Positions 26,090 to 37,904 of a stretch of 64,000 bases of DNA are shown here, in pieces. This DNA is from Hydrolagus colliei (lineage: Eukaryota): the NCBI GenBank assembly GCA_035084275.1, contig CM068743.1, positions 18,166,001 through 18,230,000 of the forward strand. The letters run 5' to 3'. The notes below the pieces were generated by a model, which was given only the letters and a program-made list of their open reading frames with translations, searched no databases and was not told the origin of the DNA. The position numbers were made by a program, and so were the translations under genes. How positions within the stretch are numbered: position 1 is the stretch's first letter; the number at the start of each line of letters is the position of its first letter.

Positions 26090-26440
26090 CATAGTATCGG
26101 GAGAATGTTTTGCTGAGGGAACTGAGGGTATTTGAGAAGCTGAGGACTGTGGTTTGGTGGGAGAATGACCTAAGGTATGGTCAAAGAGGTAAGTTTTTAG
26201 AAGGGTTTTAAAAGTAGGGAGTGAGGGGCCGATTCATAGTGACTCCAGGATGAAAGCTCACTCACCAAAGGTGGGCAGATCAGGTGGGGCACATGAAGAC
26301 AGCCGGAGGAAATAGCTGGGTCAGTGAGTTTGAGGGAGGTCACGAAGGTAATGGTAGGGTAAGACTATGGAAGGATTGGAATTTGAGGATGAGAATCTTG
26401 AATTTGATCCTCTAGGAAATGGAGAGCCAATGGAACTGAA
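26090..26440 (-). mobile_element. Old L2 3' fragment
   Basis: Purine-rich; GGTCAAAGAGGT and GAGGATGAGAATCTTGAATTTGATCCTCT..GGAGAGCCAATGGA blocks. Confidence 0.6.
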
Positions 26441-26735
26441 AAATGAATGAATTCTTGTTCCTTGAAACCTGGATTTTGTAATGTTCTGTTTCAGTGGTCT
26501 CTTGCCAATCTGTACCTAATACTTTCTGGAATTAGGTAAGCAGGATGCATCCCTCCAGGGAGCGCAGAATGCATTCTATTCCAATGAAATCATCTCTGGG
26601 ATTTCTTTGTGTAGGTTGGATACATGGAAATTTGGTTTGGTTTGTGTTGTTGCATATTAAAGTTAACAACATAAGTGGCAATTAAATATAGGACAGGTAC
26701 ATAAGGATTCTGGGAAATAATCAATCAATCAAATC

Positions 26736-27140
26736 AATAACAATTTACATTTACATAGCACCTTTCACATCGAGAGGACGTCCCAAGGTGCTGTACAGTC
26801 AGGTAGGGTCAAGAGCAGGATGGGGTGAGGAGGGGTCGGGGAAGGATGAAGGAGAGTAGGAAAATTTACTGTATATTTGTGGGCAAAATGCAGCAGTCAA
26901 ACTGCGCACAGCAGTGTCCCACAAACAGTCATGGAAGTGGGATTAGGGAGAAAGATGGCAAGGGGAGGGGTTGGGGTAGGGGAAGGAGAGCAGGAAAGTC
27001 AATTGTATATTTGTGGGCGAATGTCTCAAAGGAAGATGGCGGGACAGAGGAATGGGGTGAGATGGAGGAGTCCTAAGAGATACAAGGGGATTAGACCAAG
27101 TTAGCTGAAGGCTTGGCTGCCAATGGATGGATAGATGGTG
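26736..27140 (-). mobile_element. L2 3' end interleaved with SINE-body fragments
   Basis: L2 tail at 26736-26795; SINE block TGTATATTTGTGGGC at ~26870 and again at ~27004. Confidence 0.7.
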
Positions 27141-27459
27141 GAAGGATTCAGACAACACAGAGAGAGAGAGAAAAGTCTCAATGTGTGTGTCTGTGCGGAC
27201 AAGATGGGAGACTAATGACTAGAGAGAGAGTTGGAGAGAGAGAGTGAAAGAGGTTATGGGAAAGAAACTGGATTGTAAAATTGCAATAAAGGTTGTATTG
27301 AATCAACATTGTGTATTGTGGATTGAAGAACATTACATGTACAGTATACTCTTAAGCATGGTGATGGGTTTCCGCATGTGGCACATACCTGGTCGACCCC
27401 AAAACAGGTTGAACAGACTGAAAGGCTCATTCCTGTTCCTATGTCCCCATATACTTCAG

Positions 27460-28110
27460 TCAACAACAAATTACATTTGTGTAGTGCTTTCAAGGAGGAC
27501 ATCAATCCCAAGGTACTGGACCTGCTCTTGCAGACCTGATTAGCAGCTAACAATTGGTACAATTGCAGTAATTGTCTATTAAATCGTGAAACTCCATTGC
27601 TGTGCTGGGGGAGTACTACATTGCTTGAGGTGCCATCTTTAAGATAAAACATTAAACCAAGTTGTAATCTGTCTGCTGAGGTGGATCTTAAAGATCCTAT
27701 GATACTATTTGAAACAAGAAACAAATTTCTCGCAGGGTCTTGGACAACAATCCCTCAAACAAATTGATCATTCACTTCAATGGCTGTTTGACAGATACCA
27801 CAAACACAACACAAGCCTTGTTGGATTAAATAATAATAATAATCCCTGCATTTGAAATGCAGCAGTCAATTGCCTACGTCAGTGCCACAAGCCTCAAGCA
27901 GTTGTGGATTAAGTGAATCAATTATTTTTTGTTTTGTTTTGAAGGAATTATTAATGCCAGAAATGCGATCTGTCAATCGACTAACAAATGGGTTCCTACT
28001 TGCTGCCGGGTAAACAGAAGTGTGTGAAGCAAGGAAACCTTTTGCCCTGCCTGGAATGTAACCCGCGTCCTTTCGCTGGCGAGGCGAGTACTACTGATCT
28101 ATAGGATGCC
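27460..28110. mobile_element. L2 tail (-), Deu domain (+, ~27590-27790) and long-form SINE (-, ~27830-28110)
   Basis: GAGGTGCCATCTTTAAGATAAAACATTAAACC..AAAGATCC block; (AAT)n tail to AAGGAAACCTTTTGCCCTGCC. Confidence 0.75.
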
Positions 28111-28767
28111 ACGTCGGGATGGTGAGTGAACTTTCCTGGTCCCATTTCCCTACTCTTTCCCTGCAGCCACCTACTGATTCCTTTGCTACATATGTGTTTT
28201 TCTAGCTCCATTTTAGATGCCTCCACATTGACTGCTGCAACAGCCACCTCAGGCAAATCATTCAATGTTTTTATTACCATAAAGGAGAAACATTCATTTC
28301 TAATTTCCACCTTTCACTACCCTAGTTCTCATCCAAAACAATTAGAATCATATGAAATTCATGGGAGATGGGATAGGTTGATGCCTGAAACTGTTTCTTT
28401 TGTATGTTGCTAAGTGCAGAGCATTTTTCACTTAATTAAAAAGTTGAGAACAGTTTTAGACAGCTTCGGGCAAGCTTACCCCAATCACTTTGAAGCAATC
28501 ACCTGCCTTTAAAGTTTTGAATACCATCACAAATTCTTACTGAAAAAGGCCAGGCAACATATTGACACTAAATACAATCTGTAAGATCTGAGAAGGTTTG
28601 TCCTTTTTTGCATGCATATTTGATTGGGAATGATATGCACCTCAAGACCTGTGGTAGCAACATATTACAGTTTGTGGAATAATCTACTCAGGAGATGGGA
28701 AACATAAAGAGCTACCAGTTGAATATTTATCACATTTTATTGTTAAAGAATTACTTAAAATATTTTT

Positions 28768-28858
28768 TTTGATGAAGGCTTATACCCCAAATGTTAACTT
28801 TTTCTCTTTCAGATGTTGGTTAATCTGCTGCCATGAGCAGTGTTTTCTGTATTTCAGG
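28768..28858 (+). mobile_element. Decayed Penelope-like terminal repeat remnant
   Basis: TGATGAAGGCTTATACCCCAAATGTTAAC-TTTTTCTCTTTCAGATG..ATCTGCTG..CAGTGTTTTCTGTATTTCAG, colinear with the unit at 44732-44935. Confidence 0.5.
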
Positions 28859-28964
28859 GGTCAACCTGCCTCAGTTAGTAGCACTACCTTGCCTCTGAGT
28901 CAGAAGGTCAAACCTCACATCGGGACGTTGAATTCACATAGTGTAGCTGATTTCGTCAGTGAGA

Positions 28965-29165
28965 ATAATAATAATAATTATTGCATTTTGATACAGCACT
29001 TTTCACATCTTCTAGACGTCTCAAAGCGCTTCACAGAATATACTGTAAAATGAATTGACTATATATTTGTGGGCGAAATGTGGCAGCCAATTGCACACAG
29101 CAGTATCCCACGAATATTTATGGATTAAATTGATCATTTTATTATAGTTTTTTTTCTTGAGGGAT
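28965..29165 (-). mobile_element. SINE 3' two-thirds
   Basis: (AAT)n tail, GACGTCTCAAAGCGCTTCACAGAATATAC, GGCAGCCAATTGCACACAGCAG. Confidence 0.85.
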
Positions 29166-29571
29166 TATGGTTTGGTGTGCACTATTTTTGAGAGATATAC
29201 CAATCCAGCATGCGCTTTAACCTGGCATTGGCCAGGTTCTGAGGGTGCCGGAAAAATGGGCTTTTACTGTACATTGAAAAATAAAAATGACGTCTCTTAA
29301 AGCAATAGAAACCAACAATGTTCAATATTTAAAACAAATATCAAAGAAATAAGCACAGTGGGCATGTGGGAAATGTGAGAAGATGAACAGAGACGTCCCA
29401 TCTGCCTCTTCAGATAGATGTTCAAGATCGTACTATTTGAAACAAAAAGGAAATTTCTCCTGGTATCCCAGCCAACATTCACCCAGGTAAAATTGTTTGT
29501 TCCCTTCATGGCTTTTTTCAGGATATTGTTTTGAGCAAAATAGCTGTTGCATTCACTTATAAAATACACAG

Positions 29572-29870
29572 CCCCGATAGCTCAGTGATTAGAGCACTCG
29601 CTTAAAAAGCGAGAGGCCTGTGTTCAATTCCCGACAGGGCAAAACCTTGAGCAAGTTTCCTTACTCCACATGCCTAATAATAATCCCTCAAAACAAATTT
29701 GGTCATTTAATCAACGACTGTTTGTGGGACACTGCTGTGCACAAATGGATGCCGCATTTAGCCCACGAATATACAGTCAATTCATTTTATAGTAAATTTT
29801 GTGAAGGTCTAGAGATGTCTAGAAAACGTGAAAAATGCTATATCAAATGCAAGGAATATTATTTTTATTA
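29572..29870 (+). mobile_element. tRNA-derived SINE, short form
   Basis: TAGCTCAGTGATTAGAGCAC head, GTTCAATTCC B box, complete tail. Confidence 0.9.
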
Positions 29871-29899
29871 TGAGTCTTACTTTGAGACCTACTCCCAAA

Positions 29900-30250
29900 G
29901 TATTTACCCTCAATATGGAATTTAGCTCAGAGGTTGGGATCTTATTCCAGCCTTAATGGAAACCTGTGAGAGGTCCTATTTTTTGAATGAGTTATAAAAC
30001 CGAGATCCCACCAGCTTGTCTTCAAATGGATGTTAAAGATCTGACCACTCTTGGAAAGAGAAAAGAGTAAAAAGTGTCTACTGATGTTATGCCGAACAGT
30101 CCTATATATTAATTTGCCATTCATTTCATGGTTAATTGTAGGACCTACAATTGGGACCATGCTGAGTGCAAATAGCTTGCACGTTTGTATACAAAGCAGC
30201 CACAACATTTGACAGTAATTACTTGTGAAGATATGTAATATGACCTTACA
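29900..30250 (+). mobile_element. Old DeuSINE carrying a foreign ~60-bp insert
   Basis: GAATGAG..TAAAACCGAGATCCC..GGATGTTAAAGATC before the insert; TGGGACCATGCTGAGTGCAAATAGCT after it. Confidence 0.55.
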
Positions 30251-33200
30251 ATATTGTAACTTACTTTTTTCTTCCAACTTTCTCAATGCTTATAGTGTAA
30301 CTGCTTGACTCCCTCCCATGGCCACAAAACTATGTGGCTCATAATGACTAACGGTCCTTTTGCACAAGGGAGAGTTTTGAGAGTAGAGCACATGCTTAGT
30401 TAGGTCCAACTAAAATGTTATGTTTCATAAACCGTTAGCTTACTCTAACCTCTTTGGAAGGCATGTATTCCAAAGTGTTTTTATAGTGGCTTTTTAGAAT
30501 GTATATAGCCCTTTTTAAACATAGTGTGGTTTCAGTGCAGTCAGTCACATCAGTCACTGTGGTTATGCACAGTCGGGTAGAATAGAAAATGTGACAGTCA
30601 GTCTATTGTACCACACACTGTGAACAAGGCAGAATCAAGAAGGGTGAGGGTAGCTATGTATAGTGTCAGATGACTGAGTTGGCAGACTTACAGAACAACA
30701 GACTTTACAGAAGATTACTGTACATTCGATCTTTAAAATAAGGCAAGGTTTTTATTTTAGTTTTAAACGTCAGCAGGAAAAACAGTATACGTGTGTTTAC
30801 ACTGTTAATTCTTCTAACTTGCCAGGATAGCTCGCTTCCACATTTTTGTTGGGAAAGTTAGTGAAAGAGTGCACTGAACTATTGAACTCAAGAGTGAAAA
30901 ATATCTCTGTGAGCCCTCAATGTACCGAGTGCGATGGCAAATTAATACAGGACTGTTCGGCATAACATCAGTAGACACTTTTTACTCTTTTTCTGCTTTA
31001 TCATTGTAGATTCTCTCATGTAAGATTTGATTGGAGTCTACACCACAGCAAGTTTCTGAAAATGGCTCACGGCTTTCATTTGTGTTTGAAATTCCACAAA
31101 TGGCCTCTGCTCAAACACCTGTTCTGAAGTGGTCTTTGGGTTGTTGAACATAGCTCTATAGGCAATCTAGGTCTCATGTTATAGATACATGTGATAGTAA
31201 CATCACAAGAGCAATAGCATTTGTTACTTATCTTCAAATGGAAATATGATAGTTGCTGTTCTAAAATATATTTCAGTTGCTAAAGCAATGAACAAATGTT
31301 ATTTCCTTTCTTGTGTTTGTTCCCTGCTTTTAATAAGGTTGAGTGTTTAAGGCAGAACTGGACTTGGTCTTCTAAGTTTGCATGTAATCCAAAGTCAAAG
31401 CACAGTACAGTGCTGTATATAAATAAAAAGAGTAGTCAATTTGCATTGGAAAGACAAAAATGCTTGGGAATTGAAATACGTTTCAGAGTCCTGGCTCAGT
31501 TGCCTCCTTCACTGAAAAATGCTGGTGATCAGCTTCAGTGACCACACTGGGAGATAAAAGTTTTCATCGCAGAAGGAAACCACATTTTCCTGTCTCTGTT
31601 CTTAAATTACTCTTTTTATTAATCCCACTTTCGAGTTTTTCCTCTGTCCCTTAATGATTTAACTTCTCGTTTGCTTTACCTTTATTGATCCAGTCTCAAC
31701 AGCCACTGGTGGTAATAAATTCCATACCCTAACTTTACTTGCTTTTTTGTGAGCTACATTTAGCTCTCTGAATGGAATCACCTTTTGATAGGCAGAACAT
31801 AGCAATTACATGCAAACTTAAAGCGTGAAAATAGCTATTGTCTTAACAATACTCTTGATGCACCGCTGATTTAAAATCAAGGGACTGAAATGATTCTGTC
31901 TGTTCTGGTACATCAGAATAATGAATGACAGAACCTTCCAGGGCAAGGCAACTATTCTGGGATAATTATCTGTCATTTCTGGCCAACTGAGAGAACAGAA
32001 CAGAGCAGAGTTATTTTACTGTGGCACATTAAACAGTTGGGAGGGGATTTCTGAGGCACATCGAGCAGATAAAAGCAAGAGGAGGCAAGTGGGGGAAAAA
32101 AAAGACCTGTCAATTAGAAAAAGCAGCAAGCACTATAAGTACCAATCAATGCCATCTGGATGCTTGAGGCATAGAGCCACTCTCTGAAGTTGCACCCTTC
32201 ACCATATAAAACAAAATTCCTGCGTTGGGAGCTTTTAATACAGCTGGCAATATCCCTGAGGAGAAATGACAAGTGCTTCATGATTGCAGGAGTGTCAAAG
32301 TCCTTAAGTTAAGGGGATTCTCATTTAAGTTTGATTAAAATTTAAAAGCATATGGTGCGTCATAAAATGGTAAACTGTTAAGTATAGAATTCATCACATA
32401 TGCGCTGCTGGTACAAATGTTGTGTCCATGGTACACAGAAACACAATCTCTATTTAATCACTTTCCATCACTTTTCTACCGGAGTCCGGTTTCAAATAGT
32501 CTATGGGGGAAATGCAGTATCTGATGTGAAAATTACGCGTTAAAGTGTTAAAGTGTATCCTTACGAGGAACGTTATTCATAGAATCATAGTATCTTACGG
32601 CACAGAAGGAGGCCATTCGGCCCATCAAGTCTGTGCCGGCTCTAGCAATTTAATCTCACTCCCCAGCTCTCTCCCCATAACCTCGCAAATCCGTCCTCCC
32701 CAAATAAATGTCTACCTCTCTTTTAAAAAAGTTGTTATCAAATCGGCCTCCACCGCCTTTTCAGGCAATGCATTCCAGATTCGAATAACTCACTGGGTGA
32801 AAAAAATTCTCCTAATTTCCCCTCTGCTTCTTTTTGAAACTATTTTAAATCTGTGACCACGAGTCACTGATACGCCCATCAGTGGAAACAGTTTTTCCCT
32901 ATCTACTCTGTCGAATCCCTCATGATCTTGAAAACCTCTATTAGGTCTCCTCGCAACCTTCTTTGTTCCAATGAGAATAAACCTAGCCTTTCTAGCCTTT
33001 CCTCATAACTGAAGTCCCTCATTCCCGGTACCATCCTAGTAAATCTCCTCTGCATCCTTTCCAATGCCTTAACATCCTTCCTAAAGTGTGGTGACCAGAA
33101 TTGTACACAGTACTCTAGCTGAGCCCTAACCAAAGTTTTATAGAGTTCAGTCAGAACATCCTGACTACTCAAGTACTCTATGCTCCTATTTATAAAGCCT

Positions 33201-33320
33201 AGTATCCTGTATGCTTTTTCGATAGCCTTGTCTACCTGTCCTGCCACCTTCAAAGAATCACTCACACAAACTTCCAGGTCTCTCTGTTCCTTCACACCCC
33301 TTAAAATTGCACTACCAAGC

Positions 33321-35979
33321 CAGGGCCGTACGCAGGATTTTTTTTGGGGGGGTGCGAATTGCTAGTGATGGGACCAACAATGGCCGGGGGCTTGCGGGCT
33401 GCCCCCGAAGCCCCCTCGAGGCTCCGACGTTTTACACAGTTTGAGGTCTTATTTAATCGGTTCAGAAGATCCAATATGAATGGTAAATGTTTCATGCCCT
33501 TGGTGTTTAAGAGCATCATTATTTATTCAGTGTTTTTATTTTCCCCGGTAGTCCGTGTCTAAATTTTTTGGGAAGGTCGAATGTGTTCGCCGATAAAAGC
33601 CAACACGATTGTTGACTCGATGATGTACGGAATGTGAACGATAAAGTAAATTACAATCCAATTAAAACAGTACAATGACGAATGCTTGATAAATGTATGC
33701 GTATAAGAGAAAATGATCATAAACTACAGATTGACAGTAATTAATAAGTTGTTCTGCATTGTTATCCTAAGATTCAATTTCTTTCGGACTGTAATGAACA
33801 ATAATGTAATAATCACTGCGGATTATATCATGGCCAATGATTGTGATGATATGGTTCTGTATTCTAGGTGAGGTATATTTAGAATTCCTATTTGCGAGCC
33901 CAATACTAGCAAGGTGATGTCGAAGAACCTCGTCATGCTTCGCAATCATCTGTAGGGCTGCCAGAAAGTTTCCTGGATTACCATTGTATTGTGTGACGTC
34001 ACTCGTAACGGTGTTACTTTCCACGACTCTTTCATTATCTCCTCTAAGTGCAATGCACTGACGTCCACAGAATAATACAGTTTCGGCAACTGTTCTTATG
34101 ATATGTCGATTTCTTTCAATGTTTTTCTTCTTTTCATCGACCAAACGAATGTCTATCTTATGTTGTGGGTTCGCAACAGAGTCGCGCATTGATGCCGATC
34201 TAATCATTGAATTTACGTGATAACCATTTCGTTCATGTTCCTTCGCCTTCTCGTTTAGTTTGTAAAACATGGTAAAGGGTGTATTAACAAATGCCCCCAT
34301 CCGTTTCCTCTCACTTGTTTGGACCATCAGTGCACAGTGAATGCAAAAGGCAGCATCTAATGAAGGACTGTAGACCATCCATTTATAATCTCGCAAGTAT
34401 CTCATCTTGAACTGGCGCTGACAATGGTGAAGGAACCGTGACGGGAAAATGTAATCTTCAGATGGGATGGAGTGGCTTGTCAAGAGATGGTATTTATATG
34501 CAACATCAAGTTTTTCAATTGCATTGGTCAACTCCTCAGGGCTCAGAGTAGCATTTATGATGTTTCCGATATCATTAACGAAATGAGTAGACCTATGTTG
34601 TATAATTATAAGGGGCTCGGCAACTTCAGCAGAATGCTGGACACTTATGCAAACCTTGACCAGGAGATTAGGTGACTCATGAGGTATATACCAGGCTTCT
34701 AAGAGACGCCCTGAACGTTTACTGGCGACAGCATCTGACAAATAGTGAGCTATATGGTACACTACCACACTGGTATCACAGACATAGGTTTAGCGGACAT
34801 AGCTGGAGAAGCCGGGAGGAAACTGTCCATAGTCCATAGTCCTATGGGAACCATTGCACTGTCACAGAACACGAGGTAGACCGACCCTAACCTACATTGA
34901 TACTCTGGAGCGCGATTCGGGTATTGGCAGACGGGAGTTGTCAGGCTGCATGGAGAGAAGGGATCAGTGGAGAAGTGTGGTTGTCAATGCCCGAGTTCGC
35001 TCGATCAGATGATGATGAAACTATTTTTAGGCCAAATTCGTGCGACATTGATGTTTTTTTCACTCTGGGTACAAAATTGAATGTGAAATAAAGTAGCACT
35101 GTTTATCTTTGCGGTCATATTTTTTTGCATGCCAGTGGACGTCTCTAAAAGCAATTTTTAATTACAGGAATACATTTTTAATAATATAAATCAAACGTGA
35201 TAATCAAGACAAAACAAGAAACATGATATTTCAGAAACACGCCTATCAAAACGTAAGTCATTTTTACTTACATTTATCAGATTAAAATACGATTTCAGCT
35301 TCCACAAAGTGGTGCTACCTTTTAATGTAGTGACTGTATACGGGATGATTTCCAATTGACACACCACATAGAATAGGCGCTAAAGCATAGGCCTACGTCC
35401 ATGAGTATTTTTTTTAAAGATAGGCATTCCCGTCCAGACACATATAACTTTTTTGTTGGGTTCTCAAAAGCTTTAATTTCTCAGAAGATTGTAAATATGT
35501 TGTCATTGTTTGCTAGCATTACAGTCACACCTCTCAAAACTGGAGCAATTTTTACTTACGGTGATCAGATGAAAAGATGATTTTAACTTCCAGAAGTGGT
35601 GCTGTCCCTTGTGGCTGTATGCGGGATGATTTCCAAACGAGGATTTGAGTCTTCGCGCACGCCTATGTTTATCCAGTCACGAGTCACAGACTCGCCGCGT
35701 CATTGACTCCTCTATCGACGCGGTATGTTTTGGGTAGACGCCGACTCTGGTGCGCGACTCGATAATTTTATATTAATACTAAAACATTCAAAGATGTGTG
35801 TTTATAATTTATACATAGTTTTGAAGAACTGATTGTTACACAAATGCTCAATAAATTTACTTTACTTGGTATTTAAATTTGATAAAAAAAATACAATTCT
35901 CTAACTCGGAAAATGTGGACCTTTTATAATTTGGGGGGGTGCGTACGCACCCGTCGCACCCCCCCTGCGTACGGGCCTG
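33321..35979 (-). mobile_element. hAT-superfamily DNA transposon, internally deleted, with 5-bp TSD (hAT5-like)
   Basis: Left TIR CAGGGCCGTACGCAGG (33321-33336) and right TIR CCTGCGTACGGGCCTG (35964-35979) match at 15/16. Flanked by CAAGC (33316-33320 and 35980-35984). Contains a transposase ORF. Confidence 0.93.
33767..34768 (-). pseudogene. Truncated hAT transposase: TTF-type zinc finger plus DUF4371 (ZMYM1/THAP12-like); catalytic DDE and C-terminal dimerisation domains missing
   Basis: Motifs WMVYSPSLDAAFCIHC..EH..H, VLFCGRQCIALRGDNE, NPGNF and KYTSPRIQN.II. Similarity stops before the expected first catalytic D. The ORF-track start is GTG, not a real start. Confidence 0.88.
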
Positions 35980-36727
35980 CAAGCCTATATTGCCTCCCCT
36001 CATTTCTCCTCCCAAAATGCATCACCTCACATTTCTCTACATTAAACTTCATCTGCCATGTGTCTGCCTATTTTACCATTCGGTCTATATCTTTTTGCAG
36101 ATGACTACTATCCTCCTCACTATTCACTATTTTTCCTAACTTTGTGTCATCTGCAAACTTCAAAATGGTACTCCCTATACCCAAGTCCAGATCATTAATA
36201 TAAATTAAAAAGAGCAGTTGTCCCAATACACTGGGGGACACCACTGTACATTTCCCTCCGGTCAGAAAAGCAGCCGTTCACCACAACTCTCTGCTTTCTG
36301 TTTCCCAGCCAGTTCTGGATCCATGCTGCCACTGTCCCTTTTACTCCGTAGGCCTTTATTTTCTTTATAAGCCTTTCATGTGGCACTTTGTCAAATGCCT
36401 TTTGAAAGTCCATAAAAACTACATCAACTGCACTGCCCTCATCCACCCATTCCGTTACCTCATCAAAAAATTCTATCAGATTTGTCAGGCAAGATTTGTT
36501 TTTAGCAAATCCGTGCTGGCTGTCCTTTATTAATCTATATCTTTCTAAGTGAAGATCTATCTTGTCCTTGATTATAGTCTCTAGAAGTTTCTTTCTTGTA
36601 CAGGGGAGTAACGTTAGCAATCTTCCTGTCATCTGGCAACAACCCTGTGTCCAAGGAAGATTGAAAGATACTCTCTGCCGTGCCTGCATTGACTCAACCC
36701 TGTTTAACCAGACACTGCACTACAGTT

Positions 36728-36785
36728 CTTTGGGTCATCCTCCCGATGTGAAAGGCACTATACAAATGTAATTTTGTTGTTGTTG
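36728..36785 (+). mobile_element. Short L2 3'-tail insertion
   Basis: TTGGGTCATCCTCCCGATGTGAAAGGCACTATACAAATGTAATTTT(GTT)n. Confidence 0.8.
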
Positions 36786-37544
36786 CACTAAAATTTCTCA
36801 CCAGTGATAATTATCACATCACTGACTGTTTCACTCCCCTGCCCGTCTCCCATTATTTCAATTTTATTTTCACCTGAGCTGCTCTAAATGCAGAAGGTGC
36901 TTGAATCACTTCCAATTTATGTGAAATAGCTTTTTGCATTCAGTTCTCCCTGCCATCTTGAAAATCCTATTAGGAAACTTCAATCTAAAAATGTGTTTTA
37001 ATAATGTTGTAGAATACATTTTGATGATTTACACTCTAAATCCGATTTGCTTGGCCAGCACACAGACAGCCTGGTCTCAGAGTACCATCATTGCCTCTTT
37101 GAAGCAGTCACCATGAATCATTGCCAGAGCAGCCTCAGGATGAGTTTCCTTTAGATGTTCTGCTCTGTGAGAAAGCATTGGACACTTAACTTCATCCAAT
37201 TCACAGTGGTGCAGTATAATAGGGATCTCAACAGAGTTGGAGGGAATTGAACCCATGGACCACCATTCAATGGTGCCAAATGTTAAAATGCTTCTTTAAA
37301 GTTCAAATTGACATTTTAAAACCCTAAGGCTTTAAGGAGTGAGATAATTTGTTGTTGTCACCAGATGTTGGCCTGAGAGGCCATTTAAGACACAATCCAT
37401 TTAAATTTCTTTCCTCCAAATTATTGATTAATACAAATAACAAAATGTAGCTACTTCCCTTTACTGCCATGTCTCTCTTTGCTACGCACAATGCTGACAT
37501 TCTACGACAAGTCAGCGTTGCTCCTTGATCCCCTAGCAGTGATC

Positions 37545-37710
37545 TAGGAATGTCCTCCCGATGTGAAAGGCGCTCTATAAATGTAATTTTGTTGTTATTG
37601 TTGAGAAGTGCCTGTAAATGATATTGGCCCCTGCCTATTGTGAAACATACTGCAGCAACAACAACAAAATTACACTTGTATAGCTCCTTTCAGATCAGGA
37701 GGATGTCCCA
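37545..37710. mobile_element. Two short L2 tails arranged tail-to-tail
   Basis: Plus copy at 37545-37602; minus copy at 37655-37710. Confidence 0.8.
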
Positions 37711-37904
37711 CCAGAGCTCCAATGTCATTTTAAAAGTAATGGCATTTATAATTACTGTGCAGGATTGTTGCATATATAGAAACTTAAATTAGAACCAAAA
37801 TATGACAGGTTGTAATTTGGGCAAGTAGTTGTAACTGGGGTGATTGTACTATATAGGCAATAGCGACAGTACCAAAAGTGAAGTTATTAAGACAGTCATC
37901 TATA

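Larger units (their letters stand above)
32579..36670 (-). mobile_element. 5'-truncated CR1 LINE (RT to 3' UTR), split by a DNA transposon
   Basis: ORF 36195..36689 has SQHGF..KSCLTNL, VDVVFMDFQKAFDKVPH and SGVPQ. FADD is encoded near 36150. ORF 32903..33295 has LEYCVQFWSPH and RRLRGDLIEVFKI. The 3' UTR ends near 32579 (CATAGAATCATAG on +). Confidence 0.95.

Noticed and set aside
30061-30991. 930-bp MITE bounded by 58-bp TIRs
   Set aside because: The host SINE continues inside the left arm rather than beyond the right arm, and no TSD is evident.
33767-34768. Host ZMYM1/THAP12-like gene
   Set aside because: It lies between TIRs with a TSD inside a CR1, is truncated and lacks a proper start, so it is a transposon remnant rather than a domesticated gene.
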